Below, in pieces: positions 1 to 27,734 of a stretch of DNA of 64,000 nt. The notes beneath the pieces are model-generated. The model was not told the origin of the DNA. It searched no databases and saw only the letters and a list, made by a program, of their open reading frames with translations. The DNA comes from Salpingoeca rosetta (taxonomy: Eukaryota; Protista; Choanoflagellata), in NCBI GenBank assembly GCA_033442325.1, contig JAWQFM010000016.1, forward strand, positions 691,221 through 755,220, written 5' to 3'. The position numbers and the translations under genes were made by a program. Each line of letters begins with the position of its first letter. The first letter of the stretch is position 1.

Positions 1-8
1 GTTGTTAG

Positions 9-52
<44 letters not shown>

Positions 53-54
53 AG

Positions 55-103
<49 letters not shown>

Positions 104-105
104 AG

Positions 106-182
<77 letters not shown>
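1..182. repeat. (GTT)n microsatellite, intronic
   Basis: Directly visible; similar arrays at 17886-18052, 18514-18587 and 57503-57665. Confidence 0.95.
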
Positions 183-241
183 ATGTATCCACACTCATCC
201 ATGTCGCCTGATAATCGTGTCGCACACTGTCTCCTGTTCAG

Positions 242-1280
242 ACGTACTTGGACGTGTTCAACACCCACTACGAATCCATCGCACGCTACCTGCGTCGTGG
301 ACCTTTCCTCGGTCCGTCAACACACACACACACACACACATAATGCGGAAGGAACTTGCCTCCGCTGTCTCACTTGCTGCTGCTTTGTCAGCTGCTCACA
401 TGAGTGCAGTCAAGCGTTGAATCGAAAACCCATGCTGCATGAGCAACCACCTGACCATCTCCCCACCCACCACCACCACCACCACCCACCACCACCACCA
501 CCTCCTCCTCCCCCCTGCAGTTGATGTGAACCGCCACAACCCGACCGCCCTCTCCCGCAAGTTCATGGACGCGTTGCAGTCGTTCTTCCCGGGACTGCAG
601 GTGCCCTCCCTGTGTGCGTGTGTGTGTTGTGTTGTGTGCTCGTGTGTGTGTTGTGTTGTGTTGTGTTGTGTGCTCGTGTGTGTGTGTGTTGTGGTGTGTT
701 GTGTTGTGTTGTGTTGTGTCGTGTTGTGTTGTGTCGTGTTGTATGCTCGTGTGTGTGTGTGTGCGCGGATCGTGCAGTCACGATTGGTGAAACAGGTTTT
801 CCGCGGTTGTCATTCATTCCCTTCACACACCATGTGAACACACGCATTCACACATATTCACACACATGCAGGTGCTGTTTGGGGACGTGTCTGATGCAAT
901 TGAGATCCATCGCATGTACTACGACATTCTTCTTCGCCACAAGTTCATGCCGGAGTCTTTTACGGCGGTGCGGTGCCACGTGCTCATGCATCGAATGCAG
1001 TACAGAGTGCTACTGCACATGTCGATGTTGATGCACAGACAGGCAGACAGACACACACACACACAGACACACACAGACAGACACACACACACAGACAGAC
1101 AGACACACACACACACAACACACGCACACACACACACTAACACACACACACACACAGACACACACAGACACACACAGACAGACACACACACACAGACACA
1201 CACACACACACACAGACAGACTCACACACACTAACACACGCACACACACACACTAACACACACACTAACACACACACACA

Positions 1281-1349
<69 letters not shown>

Positions 1350-2220
1350 GCGCGCGCGCACGCGCACGTTCATGTTGTCCTGTCACGACTTCGCGTGCGC
1401 TTCAGGATCACGAGGTGGTGTGGGGCAATTCGCCACTTCGCCCAGAGTTTGCAGAGTCGACGTACATGCTGTACAAAGCCACCAATGACCCCATCTACCT
1501 CGAGGTGTGCCAGGCAGCGGTGCTGAGCGCTGTACATGTCTGTGTGTGTGTGTGTGTGTAAGTGGCTGAGTGCTCGTATGGAGTCATTTGTCGGTAACCT
1601 TGTGCTCCATTGTGTATCACACACACACACACACATTTACACACACACACACACACACGCATTCACACTCACTCACACGCACTCACATGCACACATACAC
1701 ACATACACACACGCCCCACAACGTGCGCCCTTCCTGCAGATTGGGAAATTCATTGTGGACAACCTACAAGCGCATGCGCGCGTGCGCTGTGGATTTGCGT
1801 CTGTCAAAGATGTGCGGACTCTTCAGTTGGAGGACCAGATGGACTCGTTCGTCCTTGCAGAGACCTTCAAGTTGGTGGCGCCGTGTGATGTGAATTGGCG
1901 CGTGTATGCGAATTGTGTGTGGCGTGTGCGTGTATGCGTGTTGTGTGGTGTCATGTGAATGCGCATGTCTGCGTTTTCGCGGTCTTGGTTTGCATCTGCC
2001 TTTACACCATAACGCCCATCCCTCACACCGCCATGCGTGTGCAGATATCTCTATTTGCTGTTTGCGGAGGAGGAAGACATTCCACTGAAAATGGATGATT
2101 ACGTCTTCACAACAGAGGCGCATCTGCTTCCGCTCATGCTGGCATCTGTCGACAACCTCAACTTGGTGGGTCGCCTCTTTGGTGTGCGCGCGTTCGTGAT
2201 GGCTGGCATTTGCAACTGTG

Positions 2221-2252
<32 letters not shown>

Positions 2253-2254
2253 TG

Positions 2255-2317
<63 letters not shown>

Positions 2318-2712
2318 GTGCCTTTTTGTTTGTGTGTGTGTGTATCCCCTCTTCCTCCATCTGCGTCTCTCATCTTCCCTTCCCTGTTTCCCCCATACAT
2401 CTTCCCGCCTTTCTCACTCCTCCCTTCATCCCCTCCTTTCATCCAACCCCTCGTGTGCGAATTGTACACCGCGTGCAGGTACCCTTTTCACAGCACCGCC
2501 ACCAAGTAAAGACCATGCAAAATGGCGTGTGCATGAACGATCACGACGAATTAACCGTGTTCTTGCGTCACGTCAATATTCACACGGGCCACCACCAGCC
2601 CATCTGCCGCCGCTACCACCCGAACGAGAGTAAGTCGTGCCGCATGCTTGGCGCTTCTTTGCTGTGTGCACACATGCTCGTGCCGCCCACACATTGCACA
2701 TACTGCACGAAT

Positions 2713-2808
<96 letters not shown>

Positions 2809-4818
2809 CTTTTGCACACCCAAAACGCCGTCAGCAACCTCACCACTGTCGATGTCTCACGCGCCTTGTTCTCCTGCACATTGCCATGCTCGTGCAGTGT
2901 TGATCGATGGACGGCGGCAGCAGCGGCAGCGGCGCAATCGCAGGCGACCCGCACCAGTCGAACCAGAAAACCTCGACCTCTCCAACCAGGTCCCATGCGA
3001 CGTGCTTCCTGCAGGCAACATTACTCAGTCACTGTCGTGGTTGTGCTGTTCTTGTGGTTGCGAGCATGCTGTTGCTTCTATTGCTTACATCTTTGCGTGG
3101 TGGCAGTCCTGCATCGCGTATGTGCTTTGTGTATGTGTGTGTGTGTTTGTGCTTGATGTGTGTGTATGTGTGCTCATAATTCGTTGTGACTCGCTTATAT
3201 TCGCAACCTCACACGCCACTCCCCCCCCAAACTACCCCGGCCCATTTTCGCCTTCAATCCTTCCTTGCCCAACACTGACCTGCAGGGGCATCTTGACTAT
3301 CTCGACTTCCTCGGCATTATCGTGGAGCCAATCAACCAGGCCTTCCAGTTTGCGTATCACCCCTCACGCGGGCACGACGCTGCTGCTGCGCAGTCGTTTT
3401 TGCAGCGTCTCATGAGCATCATGCAGCCGGCTGCTGGCGAGGGTGGTGATGACAGTGGCGGTGGTGGTGGTGGTACAAGGGAGCTCATCTCTGTTGTTGC
3501 CAAGACGGACCACGCGCTGGTGATTGACACGCTGGCCGGGCCAGCCATTTTCGGTCCAGACGTGAAGCGCGCAGGCATTCGCATGTCAGGTGTGCGCATG
3601 TGTGTGTGTGTGCGTGTGTGTATGTGTGTGAATGTAATGTGCGTGATGGCACGCCCCTGCTTCCTCATCATGTCAACACACATTCTCTCTCTCTCTCTGT
3701 ATCATCCTACCATCACCAATTAACATGCCTTCTCTTCGTTCTCTGCTTCTCCCTCGAAACTGAACCACACCACACCACCACGCACTGCCACAGGCGCTGC
3801 CCATGCTGTTGTTCCTGCCGACGGGTGCTCGCCGCTCGCGCCGGAAGCGAACAACGGCATCATTGGCGGCGTCGCCGTCGTGCGCAGGGGAGGATGCATG
3901 TTTGTGGAGAAGGTGAGCGCACCCACACATGTGCCATGCTCCTTGCTCTGTGTGTATGTGTGTGTGTGTGTCCGTGTGTGTGTATGTGTGTGTGTGTGTG
4001 TGTGTCCGTGTGTGTGTATGTGTGTGTCCGTGTGTGTATGTGTGTGTGTATGTGTGTGTATGTGTGTATGTGTTTGTTCGACAGCATGTGCTTGCCGGAC
4101 CAACAGGGATTGACAGTTTGCTTGATCCGGTGTGCTTTCTTGATGGCTGACTGGTGCCCTACTTTGCTGGCTGCTGTCTTGTTCGTTCGTTTGCCACCAC
4201 CCGCCAGGTGAAGCACTGCCAGGACGCGGGCGCACTCGGCGTCGTTGTCTACAACTCAGATGAGGTTGGTGCCTACATCACACCTGCACCGCCACATGTA
4301 TTGGCAGTCACGCATATTGACAGCAGCAAGGGTTGACCACCGCGCTGCCTTCATTCAACTTCTTTGGTTGAGACAACGAACGAGTGCTGCGCGAACCTGT
4401 CATACTGCGGTATCATATTCTCACCTGTATATTCTGTTTGACGTGTGTGCGTGTGCCAGGAGGATATTTCGCTGCTGACAATGCAGGGCAATGACGTCCT
4501 GGACAAACACATTAACATTCCTTCAGGTGGGCATACGCCGTTGCGTGATGATAATGCTTCCACGTGCACACACGCACACACACACGCACACACACATATA
4601 CACACATACATCAACGTACACGTACATCGCACACACATACACACACGCGCGCACACACGCACGCACACCCCGCGTCCCTTTGCACCGAAATCTCATTCGC
4701 GTGCCTGCACTGTTGTCTGCGTGCCCTTGTGCTTTCAGCGTTTGTGAACCACGATATCGGGGAAAAGCTGGCGGAGATGGCGCGTGCGAGGAAGATTCAC
4801 ATCACAATCTCACACTGA
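242..4818 (+). CDS. EDEM3: ER degradation-enhancing alpha-mannosidase-like protein (GH47 + PA domain), EDEM3-like; 5' end outside window
   Basis: Phase-consistent exons ~242-311 ([17 protein letters not shown]), 521-600 ([13 protein letters not shown]), 872-967, 1406-1504 ([17 protein letters not shown]), 1740-1870 ([15 protein letters not shown]), 2045-2165 ([14 protein letters not shown]), 2494-2629, 2898-2989, 3285-3589, 3794-3912 ([16 protein letters not shown] domain), 4208-4264, 4459-4527, 4739-4818 (TGA). GH47 motifs LRPE..ES, DSF.LAETFKY and TTEAH; PA domain is diagnostic of EDEM3. Confidence 0.92.
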
Positions 4819-5010
4819 CTGTTGTTGTGGTGCGCGTGTTTGTTTATCTTGACTGCATGTGTGTTGTTTGCTTTCGACTTCTTTGCAACGGTTTATGGGT
4901 TCGGTCAGTGAGATGAAATAAGAGCACCAGAGATAGCTAAACTGAGAGTCGGTGATCAAGCACTTGCACGCAGCCAGCACACTGCACACTACAGAGACAA
5001 CAAGCACTGC

Positions 5011-5062
<52 letters not shown>

Positions 5063-5180
5063 GCACGGCAGTGCAAACAGTGTGTTGGAGTTGGCAGAAT
5101 GCAACATGAAAAGAGGCGACTTCGAACAACAAACAGGAAAAGCTGCGTGCCAACAATCGGAAAATGTGGTGGTGATGGTC

Positions 5181-12577
<7,397 letters not shown>

Positions 12578-12824
12578 CACTGCTACTCCTCCTGCCGTGA
12601 CACTGCTACTGTTTCCTGCGACTGCTGCGCGTTGCAGGTGCCCTGCTCCTCTCCTCCAGCTCCAGCAACGATGTGTGCGCGTCTCTCCTCGCCAACAATC
12701 ACGCTTCTCCTTTTTGCCTCTGCTCTCGGCTCGAGTTGGGACAAATGGTGGAAGTTTTAAGACAAATTTCGGCTGCCAAGGGCACAACAAGCGAGTGAGG
12801 GGAGTGTGCGCAAGAAGCGAGAAG
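12578..12824. promoter_or_regulatory. Putative bidirectional promoter CLCN7 / TMTC
   Basis: 247 bp between divergent ATGs, no microsatellite. Confidence 0.65.
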
Positions 12825-19215
<6,391 letters not shown>

Positions 19216-19517
19216 GTCTCGGTTGGGGGAGAGAAGGGGGGCCCTTGGGCGGAAGGAGGCACGAGCGGAAGGGTTGGTAACGTGAGGGCTATGCACTAAA
19301 CACCATAGACATCCAAGCAACCATGAATACAGGTACATGTACAATCACGGATACACAGACGCGCACACAAACACAGATACAGACAGGCAGGCAGGCAGAC
19401 AGACAGACAGACACAGACAGACACAGACACAGACACAGACACACACACACACACACACAAACACACAGACACAGACACAGACACACGCACGCATACACAC
19501 ACACACACACACGCACC

Positions 19518-20909
19518 TCATGGTGCTTGAACGCAGCCGCAGGGTGACACGGAGCAATGGATTGTGCGGCCGTGTTGGTGTGCAGCAGCGTCACCACTGT
19601 AGTCGGTGATGGGACAGCGGGGCGACTGAAGGAGACGCTGCTCACTGTCAAGGTAGAACCGCCTCACGCGAGGCCACAGCTTGCGGTCTCGCTTGATGCC
19701 AAGGAGGTGCACAAACCACTCGTGATACGCAAGCAGCGGCTGCCACATCCCGCTATCCAGGTAGCGCTGGCGACGGCGCGGCAGCATGTGCAGCAAACGC
19801 CGGCACCCTGCCTGCACTGACTGGAGACACTTGAGCCCACCACCACTATCGCCGCCCGTCGCTGGATGCGAGCGGCAGGGGATGGGTGCGCTCTGTGCGA
19901 ATCGCTGCAGTAGGACGGCTTGTGCCTCCTCGGCGACGCTGTCAGGCAGCATGGGCAGCGGGAGGCCCAGCGCTGCATCCAAGGCCTCTTGGTCACGCGA
20001 GAACAGCCCACTGTCCATGGCTATCAGCCACAGCGCCAGGCAAGTGTGTAGGCTAGGGGACGTGCTGGGTGACGCTCCTGGCACTGCCACCACTTGCTCA
20101 TGCCGCATGCACGTCGCCTGGTTGCATTCGTGCGTGGAAGCAGTCGGCCCGCGGTGTGCCGGTCGTGGGCCTGGAACCGCGGCAGGAAGGGTTTGCCGCC
20201 TGTGCAGCAGCATGATTCCAGTGTTGAAGTGGGTGCAGTCCGAGCAGAGCATGTCCGGAAACACGTGCCAAGTCTCAGCGCCTCTTGCTGCACGGGGCAA
20301 ATCCCACAAGCTGTGCAAAGGCCGAGATACCAGCACGTCCGCGTCAATGTACAGCAGCGTGTGTACGGTTGCCGGGACGAGAGAAAACAGCTGCGGCTTG
20401 AGCCTCTTGGCGCACATGGACGTCTGCATGCGGTGCGATGTGCACAAGCGGCGCGGGTTGTTGATGAGGGCAAAGTGCGTGCGCGGTGGCAAGTGCCCAT
20501 GCATGGCGAGCGCTCGGCGTTCTGAGTTACCCACCGCCACATACACGTCACCACACCATCCCCCGCGCGCACGCAGCGTCTTGATGGACAACGCCAGCAA
20601 GCTCGTGTCACAGTGCCACAGGCATATGTACACCACAGCCATCTGCTGCTGGTGGTTTGATCGCTGATGTAGGCGATCATTGCCGTCGTTGTTTCCAGCG
20701 CCCATGAATGATAGTGCCGTCTCTGTCAAGAGTTGGACCTTTGTGTCCGCTGACGTACCGTGCCGGATGTATGCCAGGAACCCTCCCACGCACAGTCCCA
20801 CCACAACCAGCACCAGCGCAGCGACAACCGTCGCTCGTCTCACGGACCATCGCCTCCCAGCACTGCACCATCTTGTCGTGGCGGTTGTGCAGCGAGGAAC
20901 GCACACCAT
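19518..20909 (-). CDS. Single-exon type II membrane glycosyltransferase (GT-A fold, GT8-like / nucleotide-diphospho-sugar transferase)
   Basis: Uninterrupted ORF, 463 aa from ATG 20909. Basic tail then TM helix VVAALVLVVVGLCVGGFLAYI. Motifs KRLKPQLF..LLYIDADVLV (DxD), FNTGIMLL, RDQEAL and FVHLLG resemble GT8-type motifs. Confidence 0.8.
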   Translation of the reverse strand: MVCVPRCTTATTRWCSAGRRWSVRRATVVAALVLVVVGLCVGGFLAYIRHGTSADTKVQLLTETALSFMGAGNNDGNDRLHQRSNHQQQMAVVYICLWHCDTSLLALSIKTLRARGGWCGDVYVAVGNSERRALAMHGHLPPRTHFALINNPRRLCTSHRMQTSMCAKRLKPQLFSLVPATVHTLLYIDADVLVSRPLHSLWDLPRAARGAETWHVFPDMLCSDCTHFNTGIMLLHRRQTLPAAVPGPRPAHRGPTASTHECNQATCMRHEQVVAVPGASPSTSPSLHTCLALWLIAMDSGLFSRDQEALDAALGLPLPMLPDSVAEEAQAVLLQRFAQSAPIPCRSHPATGGDSGGGLKCLQSVQAGCRRLLHMLPRRRQRYLDSGMWQPLLAYHEWFVHLLGIKRDRKLWPRVRRFYLDSEQRLLQSPRCPITDYSGDAAAHQHGRTIHCSVSPCGCVQAP

Positions 20910-21191
20910 CACGCTCTGTGCTAAGAAAAGCACTCTGTCCTATTTATGTGGCTTGTTGTGTTGGGGGCTTGTGTGTTTACTGACATGAGCACGCGTCATG
21001 GTGCAATGTAACAGGAAAGGTTGACGAACGATCGGCGCGCGGTGTGTGTGTGTGTGTGTGAGTGTGTGAGTGAGTGTGGTTGGTTGATGAAAGCGAGGGC
21101 GCGATATGAGCTGTCACATGAGCTTGCGTCTTGCATCTTTGACGGTACTCTTGCTGAGGAAGGAAGCATGAGGTGATGGTGAATGGGAAGC

Positions 21192-23164
21192 TTAAGCGTC
21201 GCTGCTCTGTGTCGTTTGATCTTCTTCTTCCACAACAGCGTTAGGAGGGGATGCTGACGGTTCTCCTTCTCCTTCTCCTTCTGCGCTTTCTTCTTCCCTT
21301 GATGCCTCCGTCGTGTTGGCAGGAGCATCGCCAGCAACCTATCCATGCACAGTGCAGCAACGTGAGCTCACACGTGTGCGTGTGTGTGTGTGTGTATGTG
21401 TGTGTGTGTTTGCGAAGCCAATGGTTCCAGCATGTACTGTTCGTCTGTTGAATCATCTCACTCAAAAACACATACGCACACACACTTCCCTACATTGAGT
21501 TGTCGTTCAACAAGCTTGCGGTAGATGCCGTCAAGAGCGATGAGCTCATCGTGCGTTCCCCGTTCCGCAATGCGGCCCTGCGCAAATACACACACACACA
21601 CACACACACACACAAAACGCGTACACAAGTGAGTGCTTCATGCTTTCGTTGGCACGGCGAGGCAAGCCAACATCCCAAGACAAAACCAAATCACGGTTGG
21701 ATCTGCTGATGCGTACCTTCTCAATGACGAGGACTTGGTCGGCATCGCGGACGGTGGACAGGCGATGCGCAATGACCAGCACCGTGCGGCCAACCATCGC
21801 GCGATCAATGGCCTCCTGTTGCATTCGCCGAAGGAAACGGGGGGGGGGGGCAGAAGTGCGAGAACACACATGTGAACACGAGGTGAGCCAGTACAAGATG
21901 AGGGGGGGGGGACGAGAAGGTGCAACGATGGGGGTGTGGAAACCTTCATGATTTTCACCAAACAAAAGCACACGTACACGCACACACACGCACACACACG
22001 CACACGCACCCACACACACACACACAGAGGGTTGTCACCTGAACGAGGTGCTCGCTTTCAGCATCAAGGGCAGATGTTGCTTCGTCAAGGAGAAGAACTT
22101 GCGGGTTCATCAGCAGCGCACGCGCAATCGCAATGCGCTGATTTCGGTGTAGCAGCAGGTTCACACAACGTGTTGCGTGAGGTCAAGGCACAACGCACCG
22201 AGCTGCAATCCCACCACCACGTAGATGCGAACACACACACAATACATACATACACATACACATACACACACACATGCACATACACATACACATACACATA
22301 CACACATAAACGCACCTGCTTTTGTCCTCCCGAGAGGCGCACGCCACGTTCTCCGACTTTGGTGTCGTATTGCTCATCAAAGCCGGAGATGAACGTATGT
22401 GCATTGGCCTGCGAACAAGGAAAGAGCAGAGAGAAGCAGCCCACACAGCATGAGGCGGCACGCGTCACATGTGTAGATGCAACAGGTGTGTGTGTGTATG
22501 ATTGTGTGCGTGTGCATGTGTGCATGTGTGCTTGTGCGCTTGTTTGTGTTGTGTGCAAGTATTCATCAGGGCAGTCAGAATCATGGCTGTGATGGGAGGC
22601 GGTCACAGGTGTGTCGCAGGCAAACACGTGGCGGCGAATGTGCGCACGCATGCACCTGCTTTGCCGCTTCGATCACTTCTTCGTCAGTCGCCGTCGCCTG
22701 AACGCAAAACCACACACGAGTGCACACAACACGTCATCAACACCAGTTGTGGAATGCAGCACGGGCACCGTACCACAGCAACAAAGCAGCAAGGCATCAA
22801 AAATAAATCCCCATCAAAAACATCCAATTCAAACCAAAGCAGACACACAAACAGCAAAGACGCCGAGAATCAAGCACCAAAACCCAGAATGCCCAGGCAC
22901 ACAGACACGAGAACACAGTCGAAAACAAGAAACAGGACCGCTGCCGCCGCATACGTTGCCATATTTGATGTTGTCCTTGATGGACATTGCAAACAAGACT
23001 GGCTCCTGTCCCACCAGCGCCACGTGCCGGTGCAGCCACGCCGGATCCACACTCCGAATGTCCTTTCCACCAACCTGATGATGCACACGCGAAGCAAAAT
23101 GGACAACGAAGAAGACAGGAGGTTGCATTCATTCACACGCAGCAGCGGTCAGGAAGCACCAAGT

Positions 23165-23224
<60 letters not shown>

Positions 23225-23407
23225 GTGTGTGTCGCGCGTGTGTGTGTATGTGTGTGTGTCATGCGTATGTACAGTTGGGTGCGCAATGATACAAACGTTC
23301 GCCACACACCAGAATCTGTCCGTCTTCGGGATCGTAAAATCGCTCCAGAAGCGACACGATGGTCGACTTGCCTGCACAGTCAAAGGTGCACACACACACA
23401 CATGCAC

Positions 23408-23463
<56 letters not shown>

Positions 23464-23616
23464 CAGTAGGAACGGAACGTCTGTTTAATACGCATCTAGG
23501 TAGCCTAGAGGCGAACACCTCTCGTAAGAGAAGGCACCGCACGGCTTCAAACTCATCACGGGGCATCGCTTCAGTGCGTCGAGGCGCTGGCCATGCGTTT
23601 GGATATCCCAGAACGG

Positions 23617-23667
<51 letters not shown>

Positions 23668-24444
23668 CATGGAGACGATGACAGCGCCAGCGCCAGCGCC
23701 GCGGGTGTGTGTGTGTTGAGAGATGACGGTGGTATAAGGGGGTGGGGGACAGCAACGAACACACACGGAAACATGCGTCAACGCACCCAAACACACACAG
23801 ACGCCGACAGACATACGCACCGCCACCGCTTGGTCCGACGAGGGCAACGACGGATCCCGTGGGCACGCGCAGGGATGCCTGGTGCGATGAGGGCAGGGGC
23901 TTGTGAGGTACGACACGCTGGGTTGACGCAGGACAACGTGAAGATGCAGAGGCAGTACACACAGACACACAGACACAAAGAGCAGACACGCACGCGAACA
24001 CACACGCACAGACACAAAGAGCAGACACGCACGCGAACACAGACACACAGACACAAGGAGCAGACACGCACGCGAACACAGACACACAGACACAAGGAGC
24101 AGACACACAGACACACGCACGCACGCAAAGAACACGCACGTCATCGAGGACGAGTGTGTCTGGGCGGGAAGGATAGCGGAAGTTCACGCCGCGCAATTCA
24201 ATTTCGGGATCAAAATGGGCCGGAGCGTCACCGCCGGTAATGCCAATGGAGGGCTGGCGGTCCATCAGCTCAAAGATGCGCACACTCGCACCCAACGCCT
24301 GTGTGCGATAGGCGTGGATGTGTGGATGTGTGTGTGTGTGTGTTTGTTTGAGTGTATGTGTGTGTTGCAACGTGCGACGTGTGCATGGGAAATGGCAGTT
24401 GTGGTCGAGGGCAGAGGGACATGCATGACACAGCAATACGCACG

Positions 24445-24539
<95 letters not shown>

Positions 24540-25417
24540 AAACACACACCCATTGAAACACACCCGCACCAGCACACCCGCCCCGCCCCTCATACATACA
24601 AGCACGCACACACCTGCATAAAGTCTCCGTAAAGCGAGGACAGGAACGCAAAGGCCATCGCAACCTGCAGCGTGTACAGGAGAAACCCCGAGAGCACACC
24701 GGTCGTGATGTGGTCATGATACACTGCACGCAAGTCCATGTGTGCGAGTGTGAATGTGCGCATGTAAGTTGCGTGAATGTGCGCATGTAAGTTGCGTGTG
24801 AGTGTGTATGCGAGTGCGTAGGTTTGTGGTTGTGAGCATGTGTGAACGCACGTGCGCGTGTGTGCATGCGAATCTCTGCATATGATCACAGGGCTGAGCC
24901 CGATCAAGGCCGGTCAAACACGGTATGTTGATGCGTGACAATTGCTGCACAATGTCACAGGCAGCATTCGCAAACCAAACACGCCAATCAAGCAAGCGAG
25001 CCAAACGAAAGCATGTGTGCATGCGTGATCGTACCAAGCGTGCCGCCGTACCACAGCACCAGCAGGATGGCGAGCTGTGCAAACGCCCCCGTGATGCCCG
25101 CAAATCCGCCCTGCACCAGCGCAAGCTTCTTGCCAATCTGCACGCGCCATTATGTGCGTGTGCATGTGTGTGGATGATTGAGAGCGTGATTATCAAATGT
25201 AGAGACACAACACAGACCGACACAACAGCAGCACCACCCATCGCACCACCAACAGCAATGCTTGCGCGCGTGTGCATGACGTACGCCATAGCTGGTGTTG
25301 ATGCTGCCGCTGTACTCGCTGCTGCTCCGGTTTTCGTTGGAGAACGAGCGCACCGTTCGCATCGACGAAATCGTCTCCTCCGCACACGCTGCCAACATGC
25401 ACCGGTGATGGAGATGC

Positions 25418-25464
<47 letters not shown>

Positions 25465-25768
25465 AGAGTGTGTGTGTGTGTGTGTAGGAGTGGCTGTGAG
25501 TGATTGCAGGACAAAGGTGCGCTTAAATTGTCTCTGGTTCACACTCGATGATGTGATCAGCAATGCAAACTGAGCGAGAGCACATGAACACCAGTACCTG
25601 ACGCTTTTGCAAGCTCGTCCTGAAATGTCTTGCGGAGTTTCTTCACCTTGGACCCGTACCTGTGCACGCACCAAGACGCAGTCCATGGAGTGAACACACG
25701 CGTTTGAATGAAAGCGACAAAGGGCCAGGGAGAGACAAAGACAGAGAGGAAGAGAGGCGCGTACACAG

Positions 25769-25803
<35 letters not shown>

Positions 25804-26757
25804 GACACACACACACATCACCCACATACATCCGCAAACAACTGACCAGACTGCGCCGATGGCGACTGGCGGGACGACGGAGAGGAGGACGAGTGTCAGT
25901 TTCCAGGAGAGCGCAAACATGAGGGCGAGGCTGCCCACAATCTGCACAATATACCGCAGCAGCATGCTGATGTTCACCGTGCAGGCTGCACACGTGCACG
26001 TGGTTGGTGGCAAGGGGGGTTGCGTGAGTTGCGCAGGGATGGCATTGCGTGTCATGAGCGCGTGTGTGTGCGAGCGTGAGTGTTGTTGAGGGTTGAATTC
26101 CAACACCAACAAACAAGCCACAAGCGCAACGCCAAAGTGGCCACCAGCACAAAACACCACAAGATCACGCCAGCACAAGATCACGCCAGCACAAGATCAC
26201 ACCAGCACAAGATCACGCCAGCGGACCGTTTTGGATGACGGCGGTGTCGGACGCGAGTCTGTTCGTCAGTTCGCCCGTCCGCGTTTTGTCAAAGAACGAA
26301 ATGTCTTGGCGCACAATGGACGCAAACACCAGCTGCAGATGGGAGTGAGCGAGAGAGAAAGAGAGAGTGTGTGTGTGAGAGAGAGTGTGTGTGTGTGTGC
26401 GTGTGAGAGAGAGAGAGAGAAGAGACGGAGAGAGAGAGAAGGGATGGCGGAGGAGATGTGCAGGTGAGAACACGCGTATTGCCTCTGATATGTAGTTGGC
26501 ATGAGGAGCAGCGCTGACGAGATGTTCGCACACACACACACACATACACACACACACACACACACACGCACAACTATTACGCACCTTTCGCACGCGGGCG
26601 ACGAGGCGCTGGCCAGCCCACTGTTGATGGTGAGCAGGAGAAGGGCACGGTGAATGAGAGCAATTACGTCACTTGTCGTGCTGTCATGATGGTGCACCAA
26701 TTCTCTGATTCATAGCCGAACACACGGAGAGAAGGAGAGAGAAAGAAAGAAAGAAAC

Positions 26758-26790
<33 letters not shown>

Positions 26791-27685
26791 CAGACAAATG
26801 AACACACGCACGCATGCGCACACACACACAGCGCCAGACGCACCGTGAAGAACCATGATCGGGTGAAAGCTGCGATTGCGCCGATGAGATAGACACCGCC
26901 GAGGATGAGCACAGAGCGGTTGAGGTCCCGCATGCCGTGCTCGTGGTTCGACGCAGCGTCAACCACCTGCGCAGTGGGGACGTAAACATGTGTACATGTG
27001 TGTGCGCAAATTGAGTGAGGATAGAGGTTGTGGCGGAGGTGAGAGGAAACAAGAAGCAAACCAAAAAAAAACAAATAAACAAACAAACAAACAATCCAAT
27101 AACGTGCACTGCACCTTGGCGAAGAAGAGCGGGGCTGCAATCTGGGAGCCGCTGGAGATGAGAAGACTGGCTGTTCCGCACGCCAGCAGCGGGAGCTCCT
27201 GATGGGTCGCAACAGCAGCAGCAGTGGCGGTGGTGGTGAGGCATTGGGAACGGTGTATGAACAGCCAATGGAGACAGACGCATGTACAGAACCGCACACA
27301 CACACACATACACACACATAGACACAGACACACAAACACATCGACACAGACGCGTACACAGAAGCACATACACACACACACACACGCAAACACAGACACA
27401 CACGCACGCAAACACAGACACACGTACGCACCGGCTTGGCGAGGGTTACCAGGCGCTTCATGTTGATCTTGCGGGGCTTTTTCTTCGATTCCTCTGAGAG
27501 ACATGACGATTGAGGCAACACGATCGTGTCAGATGACACACACACACACATGAGCAGAGGTGCAGGGCTGCATGCTGCTTGGAGTGAAAGATGTGTGTGT
27601 GTATGTGTGCCGCCATCTGCGCTCGTACCTCCGTTGTCGTCCTCGGATTCATTGATGAGGCGGCGCATGCGCTGTCCACTGCCAA

Positions 27686-27734
<49 letters not shown>

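Noticed and set aside
19518-20909. Identity with the rosette gene jumble (also single-exon, single-TM, similar size)
   Set aside because: I cannot match the sequence from memory, and the motifs here look GT8-like. A BLAST is needed before naming it.
26158-26221. Short direct repeats as a CRISPR array
   Set aside because: Head-to-tail with no spacers, no cas genes, inside a eukaryotic intron.
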